From Candidatus Omnitrophota bacterium (GTDB lineage Bacteria > Omnitrophota > Gorgyraeia > Gygaellales > Profunditerraquicolaceae), in assembly GCA_003598025.1 (NCBI GenBank), contig QZKH01000003.1:311218-375217 (forward strand): a stretch of DNA of 64,000 nucleotides, given 5' to 3'. Made by a program: the position numbers and the translations under genes. The notes under the pieces are model-generated. The model had not been told where the DNA came from. It saw only the letters and a program-made list of their open reading frames with translations, and made no database searches. Positions 1-9,729 of the stretch are shown here, in pieces; the stretch's first letter is position 1; every line of letters starts with the position of its first letter.

Positions 1-404
1 GAAACAATATTTATTATCTTGCCTGAATTTTGTTTCTTCATTTGAAGGAATACTTTCTGCAATAAGATGAACGGCGCCTTCAGATCCAAGGCAATAATAT
101 CATCAAATTCTTCTTCAGTTATGTTTTCAAACTTGCTTTGTAAAAAATATGCGGCATTATTTACAAAAACATCTATCCTGCCAAACTTATCTACTGTCCC
201 TTCAATAAAAGCAGTCATATCACTCCTTTTACTTAAGTCGACTCTCATGCAAAATGCTGAATTAAATTCCTCAAGTTTATCAAGCCTGTTCTTCGCGCTC
301 AACGATAACAGGGCACCCTGGGCCTGAAACGCATTTGCGATAGCATAGCCTATGCCCCTGCTTGCACCAGTGATAAGTACGACTTTGCCTTCAAAAGAGC
401 TCAT
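1..404 (-). CDS. SDR family oxidoreductase (FabG-like), 3' end runs off window edge
   Basis: Not in the ORF track. Manual translation from ATG at 404: MSSFEGKVVLITGASRGIGYAIA...GRIDVFVNNAA...GKIINIV (classical SDR TGxxxGxG and NNA motifs). TAATG overlap with the upstream gene. Confidence 0.9.
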   Translation of the reverse strand, partial: MSSFEGKVVLITGASRGIGYAIANAFQAQGALLSLSAKNRLDKLEEFNSAFCMRVDLSKRSDMTAFIEGTVDKFGRIDVFVNNAAYFLQSKFENITEEEFDDIIALDLKAPFILLQKVFLQMKKQNSGKIINIV

Positions 405-1486
405 TATCGGATTTTGCCCATTGTTTGTTTAAGCTTTTTCTCAAAATTTTTGATCTTTTTCATATCTGTTAACACCGGTTCTACATCCATACCTCTAACC
501 CAGACTAATCCCGGTTTTAACGGATTTATTTTTCTTTTAAGCTTCGGAAGCTTTTCTGAAAATGCCGTCTTTACAAAAATATAAGGCATATTTAATCCTG
601 CCTCGGTAAAAAACTGATGTGTAGTAAAGAAGCGCCCGATATTAATCTCCGTAGGGTTAGCAATTCCATCCTTGTCATATGTGAAATCTACGCCGTAAAT
701 ACCGTTTGGCTTATCGTCAACAGCAAAAATAGACTTTTGGGCCAGCTTATCTATATTCTTATCTCTTACTGTCAAGCCTGTTCCTGTAATCCCGGTTACC
801 CCCGAAACACTCCTGTTGGCAAATTCCCAGTAAAGCCTTTTTCTGCTCTGAGCGACTATGAGCGAGCCGTCCTTCCAGATTGAAAGCCATGTTATACTGT
901 CCGGGCTGAGATACTCCGCAACTGTAAATTGGCCCCAGCCTTTATAATAATCTATCCAATTAACGGCAAAGTTGAAATCCTCTGTCGGCAGCGACCACTT
1001 CCCGAAAGCCCCGGATATAGCCCTGACCCAGACCTTGCCTTTGATTTTAGTAAATGCCTCCTCCAGGTCTTTTCTGTCATTTATCAGGAACGTCTTTGGG
1101 ACTTTCAAGCCTGCTTCCTGCCATTTTTGAGCCGAAAGAAATTTATCCTGGCAGATTTCAATTACATTATGGCGCGGCAAAAAAGTTTTTACTCCTAACT
1201 GGCTGCGGTGCTTAGAAACTTCAAATACTTCTTCGTCATTTTGCGCGTGCATAAAATCAGGGTTTGTTTCTTTTATAATCCTCTTAAGCACGCCTAAATA
1301 AGGTTTTTGTTTTGCCGCCGGCACTAAAAAAACTTTATCGCAATATTTTTCAGCTTTGCACAGGTCAAACTTGTTGCAAGTAAGCCCTATAATATGGAAT
1401 TTTTCCCTAGCCGCCCTTAGAGACCGGATAAAATTAAGCGAAGGAGTTCCTCCTGAGCCTCCGACAATTATTTTTTTATTCTTCAT
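404..1486 (-). CDS. ATP-grasp domain protein (carboxylate-amine ligase)
   Basis: CQDKF..., AEYL, YGVDF, TEINIGRFF are ATP-grasp hallmarks. Start moved to ATG 1486 (ATGA overlap with the upstream stop). Confidence 0.8.
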   Translation of the reverse strand: MKNKKIIVGGSGGTPSLNFIRSLRAAREKFHIIGLTCNKFDLCKAEKYCDKVFLVPAAKQKPYLGVLKRIIKETNPDFMHAQNDEEVFEVSKHRSQLGVKTFLPRHNVIEICQDKFLSAQKWQEAGLKVPKTFLINDRKDLEEAFTKIKGKVWVRAISGAFGKWSLPTEDFNFAVNWIDYYKGWGQFTVAEYLSPDSITWLSIWKDGSLIVAQSRKRLYWEFANRSVSGVTGITGTGLTVRDKNIDKLAQKSIFAVDDKPNGIYGVDFTYDKDGIANPTEINIGRFFTTHQFFTEAGLNMPYIFVKTAFSEKLPKLKRKINPLKPGLVWVRGMDVEPVLTDMKKIKNFEKKLKQTMGKIR

Positions 1487-2472
1487 CTCCAATAATACTC
1501 CTTGTTTCTTTTATAATACTCGATTGTCCTGGCTATCCCGTCTTCCAGGCTGACTTTAGGGCTCCAACCTATACATTTATTTATTTTAGTGATATCAGCG
1601 TAATAGTCCCCGGGCTCTATCTCCTTGCGTTCTGGGGTAAATTCGGTAAAACCGACCCTTCCGCTCCCTGCTACTTTGACAATTAACCGCGCCAGTTCTA
1701 TAAAATTAGTGGGTTTACCGCTGCCTACGTTAAACACATTTGAATAAGCTTTTTCTTCCGAAGCTATACGTATCATCGCATCAACCAGGTCATCAATAAA
1801 GAGGAAATCCCTTAAAATCTTTCCGTCACCGAAAACCGGTATCTCCTCATTATCAATAGCCTTACGAATAAACCAATTCAAGACTCCATACTCATCATGA
1901 GCCATTTGGTGCCTGGGGCCGTATGTATTAGTTATCCTGAGAGCTATCGAGCGTATTTTATGGATCTGGTCATAAACCGTAACCAGGTTTTCAGCACAGA
2001 GATTTGTAATCGCATATACACCTCTGGGGTTCATAGGATGGCCTTCATCAACCGGTAAACGTACGCTGTTACCATACTGTCCGCGCGTGCCAGAGAATAA
2101 TATCTTAGCATCTTTATTATATTTACGGCAGGCCTCCAGGATTACCAACGTACCTTCAACATTGATGCTTAAGTCCTGCAGCGGGTTTCTTATGCTATCA
2201 ACGTGGCTTACCTGCCCGGCAAGATGAAAAATCAACTCTTTATCCTTTACAATATTATTTACAGAAAGCTCATCACGGATATCGGACTGGATTATTTCAA
2301 CATCATTTTTTATTGATTCGACATTGAATAAATTGCCTCCTTGTCGTTTAAGCATATTATCAAGTATAGTAAGGCGTGCACCTTGTTTTACCAAAGCAAT
2401 AGCAAGATTGCTTCCTATAAAACCGAGCCCTCCGGTAACAAGTATTTTCTTGTTCTTAAAATCTATGCTCAT
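1483..2472 (-). CDS. NAD-dependent epimerase/dehydratase (extended SDR)
   Basis: VTGGLGFIGS Rossmann motif, HLAG, NTYGPR. YAITN in place of YxxxK. Paralog of 33810..34805. Confidence 0.85.
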   Translation of the reverse strand: MSIDFKNKKILVTGGLGFIGSNLAIALVKQGARLTILDNMLKRQGGNLFNVESIKNDVEIIQSDIRDELSVNNIVKDKELIFHLAGQVSHVDSIRNPLQDLSINVEGTLVILEACRKYNKDAKILFSGTRGQYGNSVRLPVDEGHPMNPRGVYAITNLCAENLVTVYDQIHKIRSIALRITNTYGPRHQMAHDEYGVLNWFIRKAIDNEEIPVFGDGKILRDFLFIDDLVDAMIRIASEEKAYSNVFNVGSGKPTNFIELARLIVKVAGSGRVGFTEFTPERKEIEPGDYYADITKINKCIGWSPKVSLEDGIARTIEYYKRNKEYYWR

Positions 2473-2744
2473 TTATTCTTTCCTCTAAAAAAGATAAAAA
2501 GCGCCAGCAATATCAAAAGGCTAAGAAGAGTTACGCTATTAGCTACTATGATTATATAATTTCTAAGGTGCAGCCCGTAAATCAGCCAGAGGGAAACACC
2601 AGCGGTAAATTGCACAAGCGTTACTACGCTTAAATCATTTACAGACTTGCTTCTGGATATTTTCAATATCTGCGGGACAAAAGAAAACATAGTTAAAGTT
2701 GCTGCCACTGAACCAATAACCTTCCACACTAACCCACTCTCCAT
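2469..2744 (-). CDS. SemiSWEET (PQ-loop) sugar transporter
   Basis: 91 aa, three hydrophobic helices, FSFVPQILK...KSVNDLS, LWLIYG, IIVAN signature. Confidence 0.9.
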   Translation of the reverse strand: MESGLVWKVIGSVAATLTMFSFVPQILKISRSKSVNDLSVVTLVQFTAGVSLWLIYGLHLRNYIIIVANSVTLLSLLILLALFIFFRGKNK

Positions 2745-2748
2745 ATTA

Positions 2749-3729
2749 TTAAATAGCGCCTTTCGCTGTCCTTTTTAAATCTTCGGCAACCATCATTTTT
2801 ACCAGCTCATCGAATTTAACCTTTGGCTTCCACTTAAGGACCCTTCTGGCTTTGGCGTAATCTCCTTTTAGATGCCTTACTTCGGCAGGGCGATAAAATT
2901 TCTTGTCAATAACAACATATTTCTTCCAGTTAAGCCCGGCATATCTAAAAGCAAGATCCACAAATTCCTTTACAGAATGCGTCTGGTTAGTCGCTATAAC
3001 GTAATCATCCGGCTTTCTTTGCTGGAGCATAAGCCACATCGCAGCGACATAGTCACCTGCAAATCCCCAATCCCTTTTTGCATCGAGGTTGCCGAGATAG
3101 AGCTTATCCTGAAGCCCAAATTTAATCCTGGCTACCCCATTGGTTATCTTCCTGGTTACGAACTCAAAACCTCGCCTCGGGGATTCATGGTTAAAAAGCA
3201 TGCCGTTACATGCAAATATCCCATAGGCCTCCCTATAATTCCTGGTAAGCTCAAAACCAGCGACTTTAGAGATCCCATACGCTGACCTTGGATGAAATGG
3301 AGTACGCTCATTTTGAGGAGAATGCGGAGCCAGGCCGAACATTTCGCTTGAAGCGGCAAAATAAAACTTTGCCGATGGAGTTGCTTCCTTAATCGCTGAG
3401 AGCACAAAATGGGTGCCGTTTACATTTGTATTAATCGTAGAAAACTCGTCCTCAAATGAATAGCTTACAAAACTCTGGGCCGCTAAATGGTAACATTCAT
3501 GTGGCCTGACCTCATGCACTACCTTATAAATACTGGGATAACTCTCAAGCGATGCTGAATACAAATGTATTCTGTTGAGTATATGCTTAATCCTCCAAAG
3601 ATGGTGTTCAGGATCCTCTAACGCTACCCTTCGCACTATTCCGTAGACTTCATAATTCTTTTCCAGCAAGAATTCAGATAGATAAGAACCATCCTGGCCA
3701 TCAATCCCTGTAATAAGCGCTCTTTTCAT
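2749..3729 (-). CDS. gmd: GDP-mannose 4,6-dehydratase
   Basis: ALITGIDGQDGSYL, LAAQSFV, PRSAYGISK, LFNHESPRRG, KRDWGFAGDYV. Start taken at ATG 3729 (track starts at GTG 3741). Confidence 0.95.
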   Translation of the reverse strand: MKRALITGIDGQDGSYLSEFLLEKNYEVYGIVRRVALEDPEHHLWRIKHILNRIHLYSASLESYPSIYKVVHEVRPHECYHLAAQSFVSYSFEDEFSTINTNVNGTHFVLSAIKEATPSAKFYFAASSEMFGLAPHSPQNERTPFHPRSAYGISKVAGFELTRNYREAYGIFACNGMLFNHESPRRGFEFVTRKITNGVARIKFGLQDKLYLGNLDAKRDWGFAGDYVAAMWLMLQQRKPDDYVIATNQTHSVKEFVDLAFRYAGLNWKKYVVIDKKFYRPAEVRHLKGDYAKARRVLKWKPKVKFDELVKMMVAEDLKRTAKGAI

Positions 3730-3746
3730 ATAATCATGCACAACGG

Positions 3747-4772
3747 CTAAGCCTGATACACCCTTTTCCAGTAACTCCTCAAATTAACAACTCTTTTCTT
3801 AAGCCATGGATAATTATCTTTATACCACCTGATAACACTGAACAACCCCTTTTCAAAATCAACATCCGGCCTCCACCCAAGGCTATTCATAATCTTTCTA
3901 CTGTCTAGGCTGTAGCGTAAATCATGTCCGGGCCTGTCTTTAACAAATTTAATCAGGGATTCCGGCTTAGATAGGGCCTTCAGAATTAATTTAGCGACAT
4001 CGATATTCTTTTTTTCTTCTCCTGAGCCAATATTATAGACCTGTCCGATTTTCCCTCTTTCTGCTACCCGTATGATCCCATTTACACAATCATTGACATA
4101 AAGCCATTCGCGTACGTTAGAGCCGTCAGCATATACCGGGACAGCTTCATTTCTCAAAGCCTTATAAATAACGACAGGTATGAATTTCTCAGGGAATTGC
4201 CACGGTCCATAATTATTTGAAGGCCTGACAATAACTGCCGCAAGTCCGTACGTTCTAACATAAGACTGGATCAACAGGTCTGCTGCGGCCTTGCTTGCCG
4301 AATACGGCGAATTAGGCACTAACGGGTCGGTTTCCTTGAAGCTCCCCTTTTCTATTTCCCCGTAAACTTCATCAGTAGAGACGTGGATTAATTTTTCGAC
4401 GCTAAATTTCCTGCAACATTCAAGAAGGACATGCACACCGATCAAATTAGCCCGCATGAATAGAGATGCGTCAATAATGCTTCTATCTACATGGCTCTCA
4501 GCTGCAAAATTAACGACAATTGAAGGTTTTAGCTTCATGAATATATTCTCAATCCTCAATTTGTCGGAAATATCGGCCTTGTAAAAATTATACCTTCCCT
4601 TAACCGGATCAAGCCTGGATAGATCAGCAGCATATGTCAGTTTATCAACGACGTTAATCCGCATATTGCTAAAACATGTTTTTTTACCTTCTTTATCTTG
4701 GCCTTTAATCGTTCTGAGAAATTCACTGCCAATAAAACCTGCTGCTCCCGTTATCAGGATATTCTTACTCAT
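3747..4772 (-). CDS. rfbB: dTDP-glucose 4,6-dehydratase
   Basis: TGAAGFIGS, DKLTYA, FAAESHVDRSI, HVSTDEVYG, PNSPYSASKA, DRPGHDLRY. Start at ATG 4772 (ATGA overlap). Confidence 0.95.
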   Translation of the reverse strand: MSKNILITGAAGFIGSEFLRTIKGQDKEGKKTCFSNMRINVVDKLTYAADLSRLDPVKGRYNFYKADISDKLRIENIFMKLKPSIVVNFAAESHVDRSIIDASLFMRANLIGVHVLLECCRKFSVEKLIHVSTDEVYGEIEKGSFKETDPLVPNSPYSASKAAADLLIQSYVRTYGLAAVIVRPSNNYGPWQFPEKFIPVVIYKALRNEAVPVYADGSNVREWLYVNDCVNGIIRVAERGKIGQVYNIGSGEEKKNIDVAKLILKALSKPESLIKFVKDRPGHDLRYSLDSRKIMNSLGWRPDVDFEKGLFSVIRWYKDNYPWLKKRVVNLRSYWKRVYQA

Positions 4773-5593
4773 TTTCTCAAACTCTCCATATATCCTACTA
4801 CACACTCTCTTATAACTTCCTTTATATTTCTCATTTTGAATCCGCTCTTCTCAAGCTTATCTGTAGAAAGCACCAGATTCGTCCTCTTAAGACCTAAACT
4901 CCTGTAATCAATGGTCTCATAACTGAAATCAGGATTGAACAACCTGTATTCTTCCATTAACTCGGCATAATCGAGGGCGCCCTTATTAACAACATTAAAT
5001 ATCCCGCTGGCATCAACGTTTATAAGATATTTTACAGCTTTTATAAAATCAGGGATATAAGTTACAGAATTGGGCAAGTTAATGACCTTCTTATACTTTA
5101 TCAATTTGTCAATGAGGTTCTTTGAAGAAGCACGGTTATCAAGCGGAACCCTGGGCCTTAATATCAGCACCTTAAATTTGCCGGACAATAATTTCAAGGC
5201 TTGTTCCGAATAAATTTTTGAACGGCTGTAAAACAAATCAAAGTAATCCGGCTCCCTTGCCTCCGTAATCGGCCTGTCCTTAAGATAATCGTAATTATAA
5301 ATACAGCCTGAACTTATATGCACTAATTTTACCCCGTTCCTTATTGCTGCTTCGGCCAGGATTATGGGGACAAATACATTGGCGATTAATGTTTTATCCG
5401 GATCGACTTCGCAATAATCCACATTTTTGCCGATATGTGCAATACAATTTACCAATACTTTTGGTTTATATTTCTTTATAAGGCGCTCTGCATCGGCAAG
5501 ATTATGGATTTTAGCTGAAGAAATTTCACACTTCAATTCTTCGGCCAGTCTTCCCCCAATATAGCCATTACCTAATATCAATGTTTTTTTCAT
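4769..5593 (-). CDS. NDP-4-keto-6-deoxyglucose 3,5-epimerase/4-reductase (NRS/ER-type, RmlD substrate-binding family)
   Basis: GNGYIG, NVDYCE, SSGCIY, FYSRSK, LRPRVP, NLIDKLIKYKKVINLPNSVT match my recollection of plant NRS/ER motifs. Lies between rfbA and rfbB. Confidence 0.75.
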   Translation of the reverse strand: MKKTLILGNGYIGGRLAEELKCEISSAKIHNLADAERLIKKYKPKVLVNCIAHIGKNVDYCEVDPDKTLIANVFVPIILAEAAIRNGVKLVHISSGCIYNYDYLKDRPITEAREPDYFDLFYSRSKIYSEQALKLLSGKFKVLILRPRVPLDNRASSKNLIDKLIKYKKVINLPNSVTYIPDFIKAVKYLINVDASGIFNVVNKGALDYAELMEEYRLFNPDFSYETIDYRSLGLKRTNLVLSTDKLEKSGFKMRNIKEVIRECVVGYMESLRK

Positions 5594-6452
5594 CTTTTAT
5601 CAGTTTTTTAAGATATCCTCCATAGCTGGTCTTTATTTTATCAGCCAGAGATTTTAACTGCTCCTTATTAATGTAACCCATCCTATACGAAACCTCTTCT
5701 ATACATCCGATCTTTAAACCCTGCCTCTCTTCGACAGTCTTGATAAACAGGGAAGCATCAATGAGGGAATCATAAGTCCCTGTATCCAGCCATGCATAGC
5801 CTCTGCCGAGGATCTTGAGCCTTAATTTGCCTTTTTTTATATAGGCCTTGTTTATATCACTTATTTCTAGTTCTCCTCTTTTGGAAGGTTTAAGGCGCCT
5901 GGCAATTTTAGGCGCTTCGTTGTCATAAAAATATATTCCGCATACAGCCCAGTTAGTCCGGGGTTTCTTCGGTTTCTCTTCTATGGAAATTACGCGGTGC
6001 TCCTTATCAAACTCTATCACCCCGTATCTTGAGGGGTCATTTACGTAGTAGCCGAAAATATAAGCACCGTCATCAAGTGAGGCTGCTTCTTGAACCAACT
6101 CAACCAGCTTATCCCCGTAAAAGATATTATCACCGAGTATGAGGCAGACGCTGTCATTGCCGATAAAATTTTCAGCAATAATCAGACTCTGGGCTATCCC
6201 TAGCGGTTTTTTCTGTATGGCATAAGTAATATTCAAGCCCAGGTCTTTGCCGTTACCAAGAAAATCCCTGAATCTGGGGGTATCTTTAGGAGTGGATATG
6301 ATCAAAATATCCTTAATACCTGCCAGCATTAACACAGACAACGGATAATAAAACATGGGTTTATCGTATATAGGAAGCATCTGTTTGCATATGCCCTTGG
6401 TTATAGGATAAAGCCTGGTCCCGGAACCGCCTGCTAAAATTATCCCCTTCAT
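5568..6452 (-). CDS. rfbA: glucose-1-phosphate thymidylyltransferase
   Basis: MKGIILAGGSGTRLYPIT, KQMLPIYDKPM, LGDNIFYG, RGELEI, GRGYAWLDTGT. Confidence 0.97.
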   Translation of the reverse strand: MKGIILAGGSGTRLYPITKGICKQMLPIYDKPMFYYPLSVLMLAGIKDILIISTPKDTPRFRDFLGNGKDLGLNITYAIQKKPLGIAQSLIIAENFIGNDSVCLILGDNIFYGDKLVELVQEAASLDDGAYIFGYYVNDPSRYGVIEFDKEHRVISIEEKPKKPRTNWAVCGIYFYDNEAPKIARRLKPSKRGELEISDINKAYIKKGKLRLKILGRGYAWLDTGTYDSLIDASLFIKTVEERQGLKIGCIEEVSYRMGYINKEQLKSLADKIKTSYGGYLKKLIKDEKNIDIR

Positions 6453-7741
6453 TTGGTCCTCCTTGAAACTTCGCCTTTAGGCAATAAACTGGTTGCAATC
6501 CCCATTAACAGCCAGAAATAAGCAGAATTATTCACTCCCACGGTGATAATAGTTGTAGAAAGAGCAAATATAAGAATAGCGGCAATAACAGTTGTCAACC
6601 CAGCCAATATATTATCGTCAATCCCGGCTGGCTCAAAAGCAGAAGGCCTTCTTATATTTGCTATTGAAAGTCTAAAAAAAGTTATAAATATAAAAATAAA
6701 AGCCCCCAAACCAAGTGTTCCCATCTCTGCAGCCATCTCAAAATATGTGCTATGAGCATGCAGGCTCAATCCAGAAGAAACCGGATAGTCCGCTGGAAGC
6801 ATATATTTACTGCTAGCAGGGACAATCTTCTCAAACATGCCTATACCGGCACCAAATAACGGATAATCCTTAAATATTGACATTGCTAAATTGTATAGCG
6901 GAAGCCTGAATGACCATTCGCTTGGGAAAGGTATGGTTATTATCCTTTGCCTTATGGGCTGCGAATACAGGCTGAATGAAAATATAAAAACCAGCAAAAG
7001 GACTATACCAACCAATAAATGAACGGATTTTTTATTCTTCCTGATTATATATACAAAAATAAAACTGGCTATTATTGATATCCAGGCAGCACGCGTAGCA
7101 TTCCATGCCAAACACAGCAGTAAAAATATTAATATTAAAAATGAGAATGTTCTGATTTTTTTATTACGCGAATAACAAAAAAAAGTAAAAACAAAAGGCG
7201 CAAAATACGCCAGATAAAGCGGGAAACCGTAAAAAGGAATCCACCAACCCCAATAAACAGACCAGAGCCTCTCATACGGAGACTTAACCAGCACCAGGTA
7301 CCTCAAGTAGTCAAATACGCCGCCGAAAGAAAATACTAAGCCCGAGATAAAAAAAGCTCCGGTTAAGATATACAGGTTTTTTCTTGACCTGCCTGCCAGC
7401 CCCAGGCCGAGCCAGAAATAAACCGCATACAAAAGGTAACGGTTAAAAAATATCTTCTGGCTGTGATACGGATCCATGCTCAACAAAATGGAAAAAATAC
7501 AAGCAACAGAAAATAGCGATATCGGTTTATTTAACGGATTTAACGGAATTAATTTACGATAAAAATATTTTTTGTTCTCTAGTAAAATGATAAAAAACCA
7601 GAAAAAGGGAACAAACCAATAAGTTATTTTTCCGACCTCTTTATATCCGTAAGGCGAAAAAATCAAAAAAACGGAAAAAATCAGCAGCATCAATGTTTCT
7701 AAAACTGCACTGATTCTTTTTGAAAATGCCTCATTCATCAA
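6449..7741 (-). CDS. O-antigen ligase / Wzy_C family membrane protein
   Basis: Polytopic, with TRAAW, R-LPLY...P-FGAGIGMF and HAHSTYFEMAAEMGTLG motifs. Confidence 0.85.
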   Translation of the reverse strand: MMNEAFSKRISAVLETLMLLIFSVFLIFSPYGYKEVGKITYWFVPFFWFFIILLENKKYFYRKLIPLNPLNKPISLFSVACIFSILLSMDPYHSQKIFFNRYLLYAVYFWLGLGLAGRSRKNLYILTGAFFISGLVFSFGGVFDYLRYLVLVKSPYERLWSVYWGWWIPFYGFPLYLAYFAPFVFTFFCYSRNKKIRTFSFLILIFLLLCLAWNATRAAWISIIASFIFVYIIRKNKKSVHLLVGIVLLLVFIFSFSLYSQPIRQRIITIPFPSEWSFRLPLYNLAMSIFKDYPLFGAGIGMFEKIVPASSKYMLPADYPVSSGLSLHAHSTYFEMAAEMGTLGLGAFIFIFITFFRLSIANIRRPSAFEPAGIDDNILAGLTTVIAAILIFALSTTIITVGVNNSAYFWLLMGIATSLLPKGEVSRRTK

Positions 7742-9530
7742 GGATGCCCTTCACTCTTCTGTATAAAACCTGGCAATCTTCGCAGATTTTAATGATCTCT
7801 GATAAACTCTCAATATCAATCTTTGAAATCGCTATTATAACTTCATGAATATTGTTTGTCTTTATAATTTCTGCCATTTTCCTGCGCGTGCCCAGCACGG
7901 ATACGCCATGAATTCTATTGCCGATCTTACTACTTGAATCATCAATAAATCCTATAGGCACAAAATTGAGAGATTTATTCCTTTTTATTTCCCTGATAAC
8001 CATCTCCCCGATATCGCCGGCGCCAAAAATAAGTATCCTTTTGCCTTTATCCTGTATTCTGCTAAAAAACTCCCCTATAATCCTGAATAAAAAGCGCGAA
8101 CCAGTAATCAAAAGCAGCAAAAGAAGCCAGTCAATAAAGAATACAGCCCTGGAATAGTCACGGAACCTGAAAACAAAGGTAACAAATAAAACGGAGACGA
8201 CGGAAGACAAGCTCACAACTTTAAAAATAGTAAGAAAGTCTGCGATACTGATATATCTCCACACTCCGCGGTATAAACCAAAAATAAAGAAAACGAGTAA
8301 TTTCAGGAGTATGATCCACGGGAGGGATTCCTTGATCAAATAAAGACTGGAAGATAATAGCTCTGTCCCCTCAAAACGCAGATAATAAGCAGAATAATAT
8401 GCTACGCAAATAAGCAAGAAATCAAGACTTACTTCGGATATCCTCCGTTTATGCATCAGGAACGTATTGATGAATGTAAAATCCTGGGCAGATCCCTTTG
8501 TTACGGTATAGGCCTTATTTTGTCTGCCAAAGAATGTAGCATCAAAAAGGTAAACTCCCAGGTATATAAGTATAATAGCTCCGAGAAAAGCAAAAATTGC
8601 AGTGACTAAAGGATTTACTTTTGAATAAAGAAGCGAGATAAGGCCGAAAATAATGCTGACGAAGTAAAGAAGGACTACTGTCTTTTTTGGAGAGAGACCA
8701 AGCGCAACTAAATGATGCGAAGTATGGTCCTTGCCCCCTTCAAAAACTTTCTTACCCTGGATTTTTCTGACTATCATCACAAAAACAGTGTCAAATATCG
8801 GGACGCTTAATATAAGGACTGGCACGGAAAGCGTTATGAGTACTCCAGATATATGGTGCATTGTTCCGGCAACAGAAATCACTGCCAAAGAATACCCAAG
8901 AAACATACTCCCGGAATCGCCCATAAATATCTTTGCGGGATTAAAATTGTAAGGCAAGAAACCCAGGCAGGACCCGAAGATTATCAGCCCAATAATCCCA
9001 AGAGGGTTATTTTGATATATGTGCCCTGAAAAGAATAACATCAAGCCGACAATCGCAGCAATACCTGCTGCCAACCCGTCTATATTATCAAGAAGGTTGA
9101 AAGAATTCGTTACGGCAATAATCCAAAATATAGTCAGGGGTATGGCAAACACATCATTTACGGGTAAACCCAATATTATCCCGAATAAAACAGCGATACA
9201 GGAAGCTACAACCTGCATAAACAATTTTATATAGGGGGTCAGCCTCAAATGATCATCAATAATACCAACAATAAATAAGAAAAATCCACCTAAATATAAT
9301 CCGAAAGTTCTGTTATTGACAAGCCCGAATAATAAAGAAACTATAAGGAAAGACAGGTAAATCCCTACCCCGCCAAGCAGCGCTGTAGGATTCTTGTGCC
9401 AGCGGTCTGAACGAGGCTGTGAAATTATCCCCTTCTTTAACGCTATGGCCCTGATGACAGGCGTCAAGACAAGTGAAAAAATAAAAGGAATACCGCTTAG
9501 AAGCAGATAACGCAGAATATCGCTATTCAT
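7731..9530 (-). CDS. WecA/MraY-family polyprenyl-phosphate HexNAc-1-P transferase fused to a C-terminal TM + Rossmann (CoA-binding-like) domain
   Basis: PTALLGG, GIIDD, NSFNLLDNIDGLA, NFNPAKIFMGDSGS, DHTSHHL; then LYRGVWRY and LIFGAGDIG...GFIDD as in CapD N-terminal regions. Confidence 0.9.
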   Translation of the reverse strand: MNSDILRYLLLSGIPFIFSLVLTPVIRAIALKKGIISQPRSDRWHKNPTALLGGVGIYLSFLIVSLLFGLVNNRTFGLYLGGFFLFIVGIIDDHLRLTPYIKLFMQVVASCIAVLFGIILGLPVNDVFAIPLTIFWIIAVTNSFNLLDNIDGLAAGIAAIVGLMLFFSGHIYQNNPLGIIGLIIFGSCLGFLPYNFNPAKIFMGDSGSMFLGYSLAVISVAGTMHHISGVLITLSVPVLILSVPIFDTVFVMIVRKIQGKKVFEGGKDHTSHHLVALGLSPKKTVVLLYFVSIIFGLISLLYSKVNPLVTAIFAFLGAIILIYLGVYLFDATFFGRQNKAYTVTKGSAQDFTFINTFLMHKRRISEVSLDFLLICVAYYSAYYLRFEGTELLSSSLYLIKESLPWIILLKLLVFFIFGLYRGVWRYISIADFLTIFKVVSLSSVVSVLFVTFVFRFRDYSRAVFFIDWLLLLLLITGSRFLFRIIGEFFSRIQDKGKRILIFGAGDIGEMVIREIKRNKSLNFVPIGFIDDSSSKIGNRIHGVSVLGTRRKMAEIIKTNNIHEVIIAISKIDIESLSEIIKICEDCQVLYRRVKGILDE

Positions 9531-9563
9531 TAGTTTTCAGGTAGTTATTAAGATATTTTGCCA

Positions 9564-9663
9564 ATGAAACTCCTCGGAATAAAGCACGGGGTTTCTTGGA
9601 ACGAAATACTGAGCGCACACTCCATCCGTACCTTGAAAGGTGCGTTTTTGTGGCCGCAAACGA
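9564..9663 (-). mobile_element. ~100 bp non-autonomous IS200/IS605-type miniature element (PATE-like), copy 1
   Basis: Reverse complement aligns with 35535..35636 (about 76% by hand alignment). Preceded by TTAT, two subterminal hairpins, ends in TCAT. Confidence 0.7.
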
Positions 9664-9729
9664 ATAAATTTAGAATATTATTTTAACATAAAAAGGCCAA
9701 AAAAAATACATTTTTTTGGGTGGAAGGAT

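Noticed and set aside
9564-9663. Rho-independent terminator, tRNA or CRISPR repeat reading of the intergenic hairpins
   Set aside because: No U-tail, cloverleaf or tandem array. A second copy in the opposite orientation with IS605-like ends explains it better.
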